DNA from: Eledone cirrhosa
Lineage: Eukaryota
Direction: 5' to 3'
NCBI GenBank assembly: GCA_964016885.1
Contig: OZ024750.1
Coordinates: 20,088,001 to 20,152,000, forward strand
DNA: 64,000 nt
How positions within the stretch are numbered: position 1 is the first letter of the stretch; the number at the start of each line of letters is the position of its first letter. The notes beneath the pieces are model-generated. The model was given only the letters and a program-made list of their open reading frames with translations, did no database searches and was not told the DNA's origin. Made by a program: the position numbers and the translations under genes. Positions 29,842-44,303 of this stretch are shown here, piece after piece.

Positions 29842-30808
29842 TGTATATAGTAGAATTGTTACTAACATAAAACACAAGTAATTAAACGTGTAAAGAATGG
29901 GAGAAAAATAATGAAATATATAAAGAGGAATTTTTAGTTAATCAATCTAACGTAATTTTCGGCATTCTCGCAAGAAACGATGTATAACTCAGGGGACAAA
30001 GTTTAATATGCTGGAGAAACTTACCTAGTTTTCAGACGCTGGTTCATGAAATTATAAATTGATGATTTTGCTTTGTTATTATTCTGAAAATATATGTATA
30101 ATTTTAGTTTTTGTTGTCCCGACTACGAGAGTTCCAACTCTTCAAAAAATGGTGCCGCCTTAACGTACTTCACATGCAGATACAGCCTGTGACCTGGCTG
30201 GCATTCTGATGTGCAGATACAATTCATTATATTTTTTCCACTTCGGTAGAATGGAGCAAGGTGAAATAAAGTGTCAGTAGGAATCACATATTATTAAATG
30301 ACAATAATAAGTGTATATTTGAGCATTGATAAACTGCTAAAGTAAACATGATTTCATAAATTTCTGCGCTTGTTGAGAATATTAAAATGCATCAAGTATG
30401 CAATGCGCTGTGCATAATACACCATTAGAGTATTTGTTTTGATAACACTCTAAATGTTATAGTTTTGTTTCTATGATTATAGTAATAACAATATAATCAT
30501 ATGATGTCTATTGAATATGAACATATTTTTTAGCAGTTCCGTATAAAAAGGTGGTTTTGGAGTTTCTTGTATAACAAAATAGAATAATATATAAATTCAT
30601 TTATAACCTATGTATGTTTGTTAAATGAACACTTACAGAGTACTAAAGCCCAAGGACAAATCCATGAAACCTGAACCCATGATGGAGTTTTAAGGGCAGT
30701 ATTGGGATTGACTATTTTTTTTTTCAGTTCGTTATAACATGCTTATTATATTGGTTGTATCATATTTACTTGTATATTTTTCCATATTATTGTTCGTTTC
30801 ATGTTAGA

Positions 30809-30825
30809 TTACCACATTTCCTTCG

Positions 30826-30827
<2 letters not shown>
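30809..30827 (+). mobile_element. 19-bp extreme terminus of family A followed by (TA)n
   Basis: ttaccacatttccttcgtt is the exact reverse complement of 5191-5209. Confidence 0.65.
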
Positions 30828-30884
<57 letters not shown>

Positions 30885-30965
30885 TATATATATATACATA
30901 CATATATATACATATACATACATACATATATATATATATACATATACATACATACATACATACAT

Positions 30966-31036
<71 letters not shown>

Positions 31037-31060
31037 CATACATACATATATATATATATA

Positions 31061-31100
<40 letters not shown>

Positions 31101-32329
31101 GTGTGTGTGTGTGTATGTGTTTGTGTGTCTATATCAATATATGCATGTATGTGTATGTATGAGCATAAACATTTATATACGTTTATATTGTGTTCTGTTT
31201 AGACATAGTCCAACTTGTACATACAATATTATTGCACTGTCTGCTGTCTAAAATGTCGTACAACAAGTTGCTGTCTCCGTCTTTGTTTTGATTTAGTCAC
31301 ACCTCGCATCATATCCTCGTCTTCATTCTCAATACAACGTTACTTTTTCGTCGTATTTTATCTTATTTTAATTTATTATCTCACAAAATTTCGTGTTTCT
31401 CTGTATATTATTTTATCCTTGGTTTATCATATTTGTATCACCAAGCACACTTGATATTCTTTCTAATATTTATATCTACGTCTCTTAGACAGTATAAAGT
31501 TAAAGATACCTCTTACACATGTATTCGTTTATGAGTAGTACCAGTAACATTTTGTTGTTTTCGTTACAATCTTCAAACATAATTTTACCTGATCTTATAA
31601 CAGTGTTTTATTTCATAGGTGTTCTCCTGGGTGTTATAACTAATTTTTACAGTTCGCATCTGTGTATGTGTAGCTAACTTCTTACGAGATTTATGATAAC
31701 CAATATTTCTTGTGTATTTTTATTATAGTTGCTCCCCATCATACACACATACATTTTATCTCATAATCCTTCTCAGAGATTTTAATCATAGGAGTGTCAG
31801 TCTTATTTCACATACACTCTTATTTCACATACACTCTTTCACACACATGTGTGCGCTTACCTGTGTGTTTTTTATGGGGGAGGGCGTTACAACTCAGTCT
31901 TACGTTTAGCAGGGCTCCAAAGTGATTGAATCTCGGGACTTATCGTGTGTTTTTATTAATAGGGCTGCTGAAGACTATCATGAAAACCAATGCAAAATGA
32001 AGTGTCATGCACAAGAACATAACTAGGCCATCTTCCTTCACATCGTTACTATATTATATACAGTTTTGGGTGGTAATTCACACTTTTCTTGTGAGTTTTA
32101 CGATACATGTTTTCGTTGGTTGTTGTAAGTTAAGACAAAATATTTCAGAAATTTCTCCAGATGTATCTAACTACTATCTCGTTTGTTTAATTTCGTAATG
32201 TTAACCCATTTCATTTATAACATAATTAAGCAGCTTATGGTACTCTGTTAAGAAGCTAATAGTTCTAATGTGTCTATAGTTATGTAATGAAAAACATATT
32301 TCAATAAAGTGATTATTATAAGGATAATG

Positions 32330-33000
32330 TTTATATCGATGCGTATGGTGATAATAACATTGAAAACGTTGGCGATATTGAAGGTGACTGTGAACCTCGA
32401 CTCACGTAATGATCGTAACAACTACGATGACGAGGAGGATGATGATGATGATGATGATTGACATAATGATAATTATCACAACATTGCGGAAGCTTCTAAT
32501 GGTGATAATGATGAAGTTGAGTGTAGTGAAGTGTATACAAGAAAAATGAGGACATTTAACTATTGATGTTGGTAGATAACAATGATTATGTTGATGATGT
32601 GTTGAAGGAGGGAAGGATAAACATTGCAACCCCTATGATGATGATAAGGATGAGGGGAAAAGCTGCTGAGGTTAACAGCGCTAAAAAAAAAAACCCAAAA
32701 CAGTTTAATTTCATATGAGAGGTTATCATATATGATGACACGTTTTTGCTTTTCGTTGTTGAAATGGAAATACGACGTCCGGGATAATGATTAAACCACA
32801 AATAATTGTTTATACATCATTGACATTCATGGTGATGTAGTTGATGTTAATGCTTGTGTGAATTTTGTTTACGAAAGTGATGGCGGCTGTAATGTTGATA
32901 ATAATAACGGTGTTTATTAGTTTGGTGAGGTTGGATTTCTTGTTGACCGTGAGTATTTGGCGATGTTAATGTTGACAGTGATGACAGTATTAATAATATA
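32330..33000. repeat. Degenerate (GAT/GTT)n low-complexity region
   Basis: Rich in gatgatgat, gataat and gttgat. Confidence 0.7.
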
Positions 33001-33673
33001 GTATTATTGGGACAGTAAATATTTAATATTACACATGAATGTGTTCTCTCATAAATTCATGTATATACATACATACATACACACATGTACCTCCCCCCCA
33101 CACACATGTATATATGTGTATGTATATGTATGTATACATGTATATGTGCCTGTAGACAAGATAATACCACAGCGAATATATTTTATATCATTATTTTCAA
33201 ATCTATTATCATGTAATTTTAATTTAAAATATGGCTGCCGTTTTAAATAATGTTGCGGTCTATATTAAATAAGTGAAATGGATGAGGAATAAATAAATTA
33301 GACATTTTACCCGCCGAACCAATTTCAACCACATTCCACGGTCTATAGCACAATGTGGCTTCAAATTGCATTCGAAAATAATTATTTATTAATTTTTTTA
33401 TTGATACGTATTGATGTTTTTGTGCTGTAAGCTTGTTTTTTGTATCTGCTCTTATGCTGTTTTTAATATATTTTTGTTATGTTTCAGATAATATATTTGA
33501 TAATTTAAATCGTTTCAGTTTTATTATGCATTATATATAATCTCATAAATCTGTGTGTCTAATTGGATGTTTTTATATTTCTTTCAATCAATACACACAC
33601 GCACACACACTCAAAAACACACACATACAAGCGCACACACACATACACACATACACCTACGGATATATATATA

Positions 33674-33725
<52 letters not shown>

Positions 33726-34149
33726 TAAGATGTATGGTAGGTCGTATGTGAATCGCGATGATCACGTCTGACTTACCAAATATGTGACGGTAGCTAGTTA
33801 AGCTCTATGCGTATACGCAGAGCATATATATATATATATATATTTATTCATTCATGTACAAAAACAAATACATAGAACATATACATAAACAAAAGGCATC
33901 TGCACAGTTTGCCTCTACCACCTTTTCGTAGAATTGAAATTAATATTGGATTATTATTTAGCTAAAATATATTAATCGTTATTTCTCACCAGCTTTCTAT
34001 AACGAATTAATCGTGTGGTCCGTGGGAGACAGCCCCTCAATTCTCACATTATGTTACCGAAAATCACCACGACCGACCAAGGATGGCCACAACGGAAATC
34101 ATAAGAGAAATCGTACTGTGAGGTTTTGCTTTAGTCAATCTATCCGGGA

Positions 34150-34331
34150 GCTTCCAACCGACATTGTAGCATTCTTTAAGGGTATGTCAATATTTGTTTA
34201 TAAAACTGATCTATATTATATTTTATCTGATGAAAGCGCACCATAATTTGCTTTGGTGTCCGTGAAATATGTATAATGAAATAAATATGGTTTTATAAAT
34301 ATAGTTTCCATTTGTTAATATATTGTATATA

Positions 34332-34335
<4 letters not shown>
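34150..34335 (+). mobile_element. Family B Penelope-like 3' terminus with decayed HHR core, followed by (TA)n
   Basis: ttttatCTGATGAaagcgcacc...ataatgaaataaatatggttttataaa..ttccattt is homologous to both arms of 59298-59546. Confidence 0.6.
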
Positions 34336-34394
<59 letters not shown>

Positions 34395-35216
34395 TAGCAG
34401 TGTAATGGACTCAGAGGCAGGTGTAACTAACATTTCCAGTTGTCAAGTTGTCATAAATGATCAAAGAATAGGAAATCGGCCAAGTCACAGTTAAGCACAG
34501 GAAACAGCAGTCAGGGCAAGGAGGGAATAAACAGGACAAGATGTATAGCGGATTACGCCAAGTGCCTTCGCCGGGAGATGGAAGAAAACATATTAGTAGA
34601 GATGTCGTGATGTAAAGTTGTTTAACACATAGAGGCAAATACAGAAAAATGTTCTGATTGTCTTATCAAATCTCAATTATCGACACGGTTATATAATATG
34701 TATTTTACCTTTCATCCGTATCAGTATTTACATTTGTTTGGTTAAGGGAGTAACTTAGCGTTTCTGCAAAGAGAGTACGTTCAGCTAAATATCGATTTCA
34801 AATAAATGAGTGCTGAGGTGATAACATTTTGTAGGCAATGCACCTACATTGGTACCGATCCTAACTGGACCCAGTAAAATAATGACTAAGTGAATTCTAA
34901 TTACGAACATTTCTTTATATTGTATCTCTTATATTAAATGAAGTTTGTATATAATGAGCTGCTCCATAATAAGATATGGTAATTAGAAGACAGGATGTTG
35001 CCATTTTTAGGATTCTTAAACGAACAAAATAATAATTGAAATTGTTACAAAATTACTGTTGAGTTATTAACTGTACATCTTTTGTGGTTATGAAAACAAA
35101 ACAAATATCCTACTTGTCCGTAATACAAGGAGATATTACATAATATCAATTAATGCAACATAAATGCATGAACGAACAATCTCACACACAGTTATGTGTG
35201 CGAGTTTGTGTATACC

Positions 35217-35260
<44 letters not shown>

Positions 35261-35261
<1 letters not shown>

Positions 35262-35652
35262 GGGATAACAGGTTATCGCTATAACAGTCCACTTAGATGT
35301 AGTCCAGATACATCTGTATCAGTCTGTTTAACATGCTAGATTCTCCATTATACTCTATCTCTTACTTACATTGATGTTATTATTTTAATTATATGCTATC
35401 TAGTTCTTTTATTTTATTATTGATATTATTGTTCTGGTTTAATACCACACTTATATAAAAACCATGCCTTATGTATTTTCTTCATTTCACCCGCTCCGAT
35501 GAAACAGACTGGTTATAAACACATTATTGAAGTTCAATTGGCGCAAAATCAGGCGTATAGCGAACTCTAGACCTGCCAGATCAACGAAACCATTGTCAGC
35601 AATGTTTATAAAGCCCTTATTTTATAGCGAACCATGTCAATCTTCTTTCTTG

Positions 35653-35656
<4 letters not shown>
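35261..35656 (+). mobile_element. ~400-bp (TA)n-flanked element with inverted 5' end and degenerate HHR
   Basis: The 5' gataacaggttatcgctataa resembles the reverse complement of the 3' ttatagcgaaccatgtcaatc; gct-CCGATGA...GAAAC-catt-GTC-agc at 35493-35600. Confidence 0.45.
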
Positions 35657-35722
<66 letters not shown>

Positions 35723-35939
35723 GGAACGAGTGTGTGTGTGTGTATATAAATGTACATACATGTGCATATATGAATGTATATGTGTGTGTATATGAGTGTT
35801 ATATATATTTATATATTTGGGGAGGTTACATTTGTGTATGTTGTTTGTGATGTTGAATATGTAATGTAATGTTTTTTAAAATGTTGCATTATGTGACAAA
35901 TGTACGGACAATACTTACATGCAGAATATGCGTGTATAC

Positions 35940-36085
35940 AGCATGGCCAGGCAATTACGTAAGTATTAGGTCTTGTGTTATATCACATTGCGTGGCAACG
36001 TGAACAGTTGTCCATTATCATACCGTCAAGTGAACGCATGCCCTTTGATGGACATTCGGTAGATGGAAACTGCAAATCCGCCTTA
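35940..36085 (+). mobile_element. Degenerate SINE of a different family
   Basis: cattgcgtggcaacgtgaacagttgtc...ttcggtagatggaaactg resembles a CORE-bearing cephalopod SINE (recognised from memory, not searched). Confidence 0.35.
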
Positions 36086-37849
36086 TGTACGCTACCACTA
36101 ATTCAGAACGGTATCCTTGTCGCATATAGTATCCTGATTGATCTTCTTTAAAATTAAATTTTTATTACATATGCCTGTGGGTTGCTGAGCCACTTACAGG
36201 TTAATTTCCTGAGGAAGCTGTTCCTTTGATCAAACAATTGGAATCTTCATCATCAGTCCTTTCCAAGTATTTGAATTATCTAATCAATTACCACGATAAA
36301 ACCTGATATATAAAACGAAAGTGCGTGTGTGTAATTAAACAGCGGCAAGAAATACGAAGATTCATAACAACAAGATATCTTGATCGGCCAGATTATTTGA
36401 TATTATTACACATCACTGGTTACAAAGCACTTTCTTACCACCTTTCCTTGTTCTGAGAGCTTAGATGTAATCCCAACAATTCTGTGGGCTGGAATGAATA
36501 AATGCATAGTTAAATTCAGTGGAATTTGAACAATGAACACATAGAGCCCGAATGAATTAAATTGGCCGATGCCCCAACAATTCTGCTGGCAAAAATATAG
36601 TGGCTGGCAGATTGATCCTTGTACATTTTAATTTACAAATCTTATCACTGGAGCAGATATTATTCCATCTCCCGGAGAACGTTACTTAATTCTGTGAAAT
36701 ATTATTTCTAGTGATCGACCATTATCATGATTATTTCGGTTATGGCAACTATATATCAAGTTTCTGTATTACAGAAGTACCTATTTTATAATTTGGCACA
36801 TTTCTAAAGGCAATGCATTGCAGAGAAACACAAAATCTAAATGTAGTTACATATACGGCATTTTACAAATTGAGAGAAAGACCTTATACAAATGAATATT
36901 ATGAATGCATTCTTGTGTGTTAGTTTTAAATGCAGACATAGAGGAAACAGAATGTGCGAAACTGAAAAAATGCTTGAACAGAGCATGGAATTATAAATAA
37001 TAAAATGATTTAATTGCAGGTGTCTTCTTACAGGATTCAAAATATGTCATGTATGATTAAGATTTTCATTATTCAAAGGTCAATAATGCACTACAAATCT
37101 TGAGAAAATATCGGGAATGGTGGTTGTCTAAACGAATTAGAGCAACACATTTAAACTAGCAAAAAGTTTAGAACGTTTCTAGCACAATTAAGAATAATGT
37201 GAGAATAATGTGCTTAGATTAAAAACAGCACGTCAAACAAAGGAGAGCGTTTCTAGAACAATTTAGAATAATGTGCTTAGTTTGAAGACAAATACGTCAA
37301 AATGAAAATCCTTCAAAGGATATAAGATCAGACACCTGCCTTAAAAACACTATCTTATTGTGTGTTGTGTTCTTCCAATTTTAATATTGCAGACACAGCC
37401 TGGCCGAAACTTTAGAAAGTTTTCTTCGCAATCATTATGTCCCTTGTTCGATCTCAATCTCTGGTATCTTTGTCAAGTATTATATAATAGAAACATATGT
37501 TAAAAAAAGCCACGTAAATGAAACCGAGTAGAAGGAGACTGTATGAAAGGTCATCAGATGCATTCTACTTGTAATTCAATTGAAAGTGTTCTTACACAAT
37601 ATGGCGAGCTGAATTTTCCTGAAATTTGCATTAAGGGTACACGTTTCAGTAGGATTTTCAGATATATGCGTAGTAATGGCATGGGTTTTTCGGTTGATAT
37701 ATCAATTGGAACATTGATCATCGAAAACAGTTGAAGTCCATTCCATTTAAATATTGAATTCTACTCACGTAGTAAATTACCTCATCCAGTTTATTTCAAT
37801 GGATTTGAGTCAGTGTAGCAGCAGTGATTACTGACGAGAAGAGATATAC

Positions 37850-37898
37850 ACTTGGATGACAAGCTCTAAACTTCGACTCTCCCCCACCTCTCTATCTT

Positions 37899-37983
<85 letters not shown>

Positions 37984-38061
37984 ATATATATATATATATA
38001 TATATAGCGAGAGAGAGAGAGAGAGCCGAGGGAGAGTCTAAGTTTAGAGCTTGTCATCCAA

Positions 38062-38063
<2 letters not shown>
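37850..38063. repeat. Inverted repeat (34 bp, 1 mismatch) enclosing (CT)n-(TA)n-(AG)n
   Basis: acttggatgacaagctctaaacttcgactctccc / gggagagtctaagtttagagcttgtcatccaagt. Confidence 0.92.
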
Positions 38064-38113
<50 letters not shown>

Positions 38114-38974
38114 GAGGGTGGGCGTGGTGTTTCAAAGCACTCCTGTTTGAGCGGGAAGGAAAATATTGAATTTAATACCGACATTTATATAAAACCACTT
38201 TCCAGTAGGGAATATATAGTATAAATGTTTAAAATATAAACAAGTCTACCTGCTTTAAGTAATGTGAGGTGTAAAATATCAGGATAGAAATAGCAGTAGA
38301 GATTTCCAATCTAAACTCGATAATGTGGGCAACAACAATTGAAATATATAGCTTAAACGATCAGAATAGAAATAAGACTATCAACCTAGAAGAATATGTA
38401 GCTTAAAGAACCAAAATAAATCAGGACGGCCATCCAACGTAAATCTGTAACTAAAAAGGTATAAATATATATATATATATATATGACAACGAGTCAACGA
38501 GAATTTGTAATGTAAAGTTTCAGAAAAGAAACACAACTATAGACTAAGTGAAGCATATAAAATCTCTGGTCTCTGAGTTGAAACCGTATATATTGAGTTA
38601 TATGCAGTGAACTATTTATTTAATGCTTTCCCACAAATTCAGATTAGTGGAGGAGTTATATGGCAAAAATAAGAAACATACTATAAATATTCCGTTTATT
38701 TCATACGTTTGCTTCCGTTAAAAGCGTTTCCATTGCCTGATGCTTGAAATACATTGTATAATGTCCCCACTCAAATTCAGTACGAGAAAATCATGTCAAT
38801 TATAATAGTATCCTTCGCTATGTTACTTTAATTAATTTTAATCGAACATCTTTCATAGAAAGCCCTTTTAAACATAGGCTACCATATATATATATATATA
38901 TATACATATATGTGTGTGTATGTGTGTGTGTGTGAGAAAGTGTATATATATATATATATATATATATAAATACA

Positions 38975-39005
<31 letters not shown>

Positions 39006-39009
39006 ATAA

Positions 39010-39072
<63 letters not shown>

Positions 39073-40133
39073 CATATATATATATTTATATATATATATA
39101 TATATATATGCCTGTATGTATGTATGTACGCATCTATATATATATTAATGTATTCACATACTTAACATATACAAGTAGTAAGCAGACGTAAATAATTATT
39201 GACCTTTAATGCCACATTTGCATTTGAAAAGATTCAGGGAATACTCTCAAGATAAATATATCATTCTCCTTCAGAAATATACAGGTTAGATTCCCCACGC
39301 AATATATCTCAAACTAATAGATTTATACATAAACATATAAAGAGAAAAGCTTTATATATTTATTTAAAAATCTCCTATACCACGCTTTCTGCTATGCGAA
39401 AAATGTTTAAACATATAGTACTTTAAACTTTGGGAAATCTCATATATCCAATATGTGTAAGTGTATTCTAAATATGCCAATCCCAATATTATTCACTCAC
39501 AACTAGTTGAACGCTAATCATTCCATCTCAAAAATACTATTACAATATACATTGTCTTTTAATATAATTAAGAATCAATTTTAACATAATGGTCTTGACA
39601 TAAGAACAGGCTCCCAGTAAGAAATTGATAATAACATATGTATTTACTTATAGGAATTAAGAATTATATGTAATTAAGTTTAACATATGTAATACATACG
39701 TGTTCAGACATGTATAGTTAGCTATTCGTAGGTAATAGCTGAAGTAATCCTGCAAGCCATTTGTAACAGATGTGATGACAAATGTTTCTGTACACTAGGA
39801 ATAAATGTTCTTATACTATTACAGAGGGCCTTCTAAGTACTTTAAACATTTTGGCGTCGTTACGTATATTCTAGATAAGTCAATCTCAATATATTTCACT
39901 TAGAGTTTATAGAGCCTCAATATTTCTAAAACAAATCCATGAATGCAGCATGCATTTTAATTATACTTGTCAAAATAGCTTTTACGATCAAGCAGTTGCT
40001 TCCTATTGTAGCGTATGAACGTCAAATCAGTGTACACCTTAGCACGTGATTATCTCTTTTATAATATCAGATATAGCTTTCAGCGTAACTTATGTATTTA
40101 TGTATAAGGAATATGAATCATCATTATTACTTT

Positions 40134-40335
40134 CTCTGTAGATTAGCAGAGTAGGCAGAGCATCAGATAATATGATTTGTGGTAAAATGTTATGGCCCTT
40201 TACACTCAAATCCCGCTGAGGTCAGCTTTGCCTTTCATCTTTATGGTGTCGATAAAACAAAGAACCAGTAGTGCACTTGATTCCATCGACTTTTCCCTCC
40301 CCAAAGATTGTTGGCCTTGTGCCTAAATCAGAAAC
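40134..40335 (+). mobile_element. Older tRNA-derived SINE with 12-bp TSD
   Basis: Core gctttgcctttcatctttatggtgtcgataaa; TSD cattattacttt at 40122-40133 and 40336-40347. Confidence 0.8.
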
Positions 40336-40708
40336 CATTATTACTTTTGCTATATATTATATGCACGAGTTCTGTAATAAATTTTGAATATACATACTTA
40401 GTTTTCCTTAACTTTTCTTTATAATTATCTCCTGAAATATCCAAGAAAAAAGGTGATATTCCAGCAACGTTGTTATAATTATTTTATACATTTACAGTAA
40501 TATTTGCATTGCTATAGCACAATAAATCCAACAACCCAAAATGCTTCAAGTAAACTTCAAACCACTCGTATGTACATCATATTTTCATCAATTCTCTAAT
40601 GCATTTGAAACTATTTAGTCGAATATGAATGGGAAAATATTATGTATAGTATAAAGTCAATCCAGGTAAATATACGAAGTCTTTACAAACAAGAGATGAT
40701 ATTTCTGT

Positions 40709-40899
40709 AATAATTGTTTCTACTTTAGGCACAAGCCCAGCAATTACCCAGTGCATTACTGGTACTTTATTTTATCGACCCCATAAGGATGAAAGGCAAA
40801 GACAACCTCGGCGGGATTTGAACTCAGATCGTAAAGGGGCGTAACTATGCTGGAAAGCATGGCGTCCGACCCTCTACCGATACTGCTAATCTACCGCCC
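40709..40899 (-). mobile_element. Full-length young tRNA-derived SINE
   Basis: Reverse complement closely matches 7506-7689 and 20144-20330. Confidence 0.92.
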
Positions 40900-40929
40900 T
40901 GTAGATAAATTTGTAATATTATTTATTTT

Positions 40930-41019
40930 TGACTTTGCCTTTCATCCTTACGGGGTCGATAAAATAAAGTACCAGTAATGCACTGGGTAATTGCTGGCCT
41001 TGTGCCTAAAGTAGAAACA
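40930..41019 (+). mobile_element. 5'-truncated SINE with 12-bp TSD, inverted relative to its neighbour
   Basis: Core plus tail; attatttatttt at 40918-40929 and 41020-41031. Confidence 0.88.
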
Positions 41020-41748
41020 ATTATTTATTTTACATATCCTGACAATTTGTGAGGCAATATACTTTTATCAGAACAGAATATATTGTTTGCCAGTGGCCTT
41101 GATAAAAATCTTTAGGTGAATGGAAAAGTCTAATGCGGTTTGTGACTCACAGTCGAATACCAGCGGGCGTTAGTAGGACAGCTTTTTTTAAATTTGCAAA
41201 CATAAATATTATAGATATATACGGTCACATAAATTGACTCGCCAGTGTATTTTGATAAGATACTCTTCCTTTCTGTTTTCCTTTTCCAGTTACATTCAGA
41301 AACAGGATAAATTTATAAGCAATATTCTTACTATTATTGCCTAATCCGTGGAGACATTGAGTAAATCACGCTGGCATATGCAGTACTACAATCTAACTGG
41401 GGATTCTAACACTGTTCACAACATAATAAACCACTTCACATAGTAGCACGTTGATATCGTCAACAACATATTGTACGTACATATACCCACGTTTATATTT
41501 ATATAAACGGCATTTTCAATAACCCGCTTTTTCCAAGCTTACAAGAAGTAGTCAACAGACTAAAAGAAATTGGCGCACCATATTTGGACAGAGTATATAC
41601 CTTTCTAGTTTAAACGAAGTTTCTCTAAGCTAAGTTGACGGTGCTAGGGGAAAATGAAGCGTTAATTTAATGCGGAAATGGTATATATTTATAAGTGTGT
41701 GTGTGTGTGTATTGCTGTGTGTTTATCTATGCATGTGTGTGTATATAT

Positions 41749-41781
<33 letters not shown>

Positions 41782-42275
41782 AACATATCTGTGTGTATGT
41801 GAGTGTGTTTGCGTGTGTGTATTTACATCGGCCAAGACGCACAGCACTTAAAGGCAGCACCAATTAACCTCAAATCATACAGCTTTCAACACGAACATCA
41901 TCATAAAATAGTAAATCCGCAATCACGAGAATTCGGAGTCCTAAACGCTGCGGCTATGTCTCACACGAGAGATGATGACTGAAGAATGACTGTAACTTTG
42001 CTCTTATGGGGACATCACATACAAAACAAAAAACACGAACCCAACCCTCCGCCAAACCTAGCTCAATAATGAGGTTCGATGTACATTTTTTCTCACATTC
42101 CACAACTCGAATATAAATATCATATCTCAGATAAAACACAATATGTGTGTCAAATCCAAGATAAATCCAAGGTTTTTCTGGAGTTATCTATATAATTTGA
42201 CTGTGGATATTATTATTCGAGGGTAATGAAGAGAACGCCACCTATATTCTGTGTCTGTATTCTGTCGGTCTCTCG

Positions 42276-42315
<40 letters not shown>

Positions 42316-42552
42316 CTTTCTCTCTCTCTCTCTCTCTCTCCCTCTCCCTCCTCTCTCTCTCACATACACATACATCTCTAATAGTGAAAAATGAGTTGTC
42401 CTGGTGTATGATGAATTATTTTGAAATTACTTCGTACCGGGTGTTTAAAATATGGTGAACAGAACGTGAGCGTAGATTTAAAACATTTACCCGCTGATTC
42501 CGTATAAATAAATAATAATAATAATAACGGGGCGAAGAAATCGAATTCAATA

Positions 42553-42593
<41 letters not shown>

Positions 42594-42595
42594 TG

Positions 42596-42717
<122 letters not shown>

Positions 42718-43129
42718 TTATAAAAGCTCGGTGTGTGTCCCACTATCTGGACTTAAAAGTTAACAATATCTTAGGAAATACATATAATAAAAAATTATTC
42801 ATCTCAAACTGTTGGGTGTTTCTCAACAACTTGTTTTTATTTCAACCATATTATGTCAAGGGTGTTACATTGAATGAAAACAACAAAATATTGAGATACT
42901 TTTATATTTTAAAACTAAATGTAAATTATTTTTATCTGGCATTATTTCAAATTAACCTGGCAAGAAAACAATAACTTTATTTCTTTCGGCTACAACAGGA
43001 AAATATTGTAATTAAGAATGGCTTTCCAATATATTTTTACCTCTCCATTATTTTACGCGTTCTCTACATGGTATTTATCTATCTATCTATAAAATTTTTT
43101 GTTATATTTTATTTTATTTTTATATATTG

Positions 43130-43225
43130 TTATTGCCTCCTCCTTATTGAGGACGCCTTGTTTTGTAAACTCCCCCCGTTGTACTTGTCCCACTTTTGAT
43201 GCCCTGGTGGCAAATAAAAGAAACA
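43130..43225 (+). mobile_element. Possible LINE 3' end
   Basis: tgtaaactccccccgttgtacttgtccc...ggcaaataaaagaaac has a polyA-signal-like terminus; family not identified. Confidence 0.3.
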
Positions 43226-43501
43226 TATCTATAAATTTATATGTGCATGTGAAAGACATGTGTTCAGATAGATAGTTGTAAGATATATATATCGTTCAGA
43301 TCTGAGACCCCAACTGTGAACTCAATAGATATAACAGTTTTGCATATGCATATATATTCTAAATGAATAAATTTACTCATATGTGTTCCGGCACCAAAAC
43401 AAACATGCGCAAGTCAAATCACACCTATGCAATTATTTATGAGATCATTCAAGTGAGACACAGTTACTTTGAGTTACTTTGAATTTCATATGTATATACA
43501 T

Positions 43502-43548
<47 letters not shown>

Positions 43549-43582
43549 TATGAATTTCAATATATACATATATATACATATA

Positions 43583-43678
<96 letters not shown>

Positions 43679-43697
43679 TATACATATATATATATAC

Positions 43698-43800
<103 letters not shown>

Positions 43801-43804
43801 CACG

Positions 43805-44303
<499 letters not shown>

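Noticed and set aside
37170-37290. Imperfect ~75-bp local tandem duplication
   Set aside because: Ordinary local duplication with no further structure.
37385-37425. ccGAAACtttagaaaGTT as an HHR 3' half
   Set aside because: No CUGANGA and no second copy in the window.
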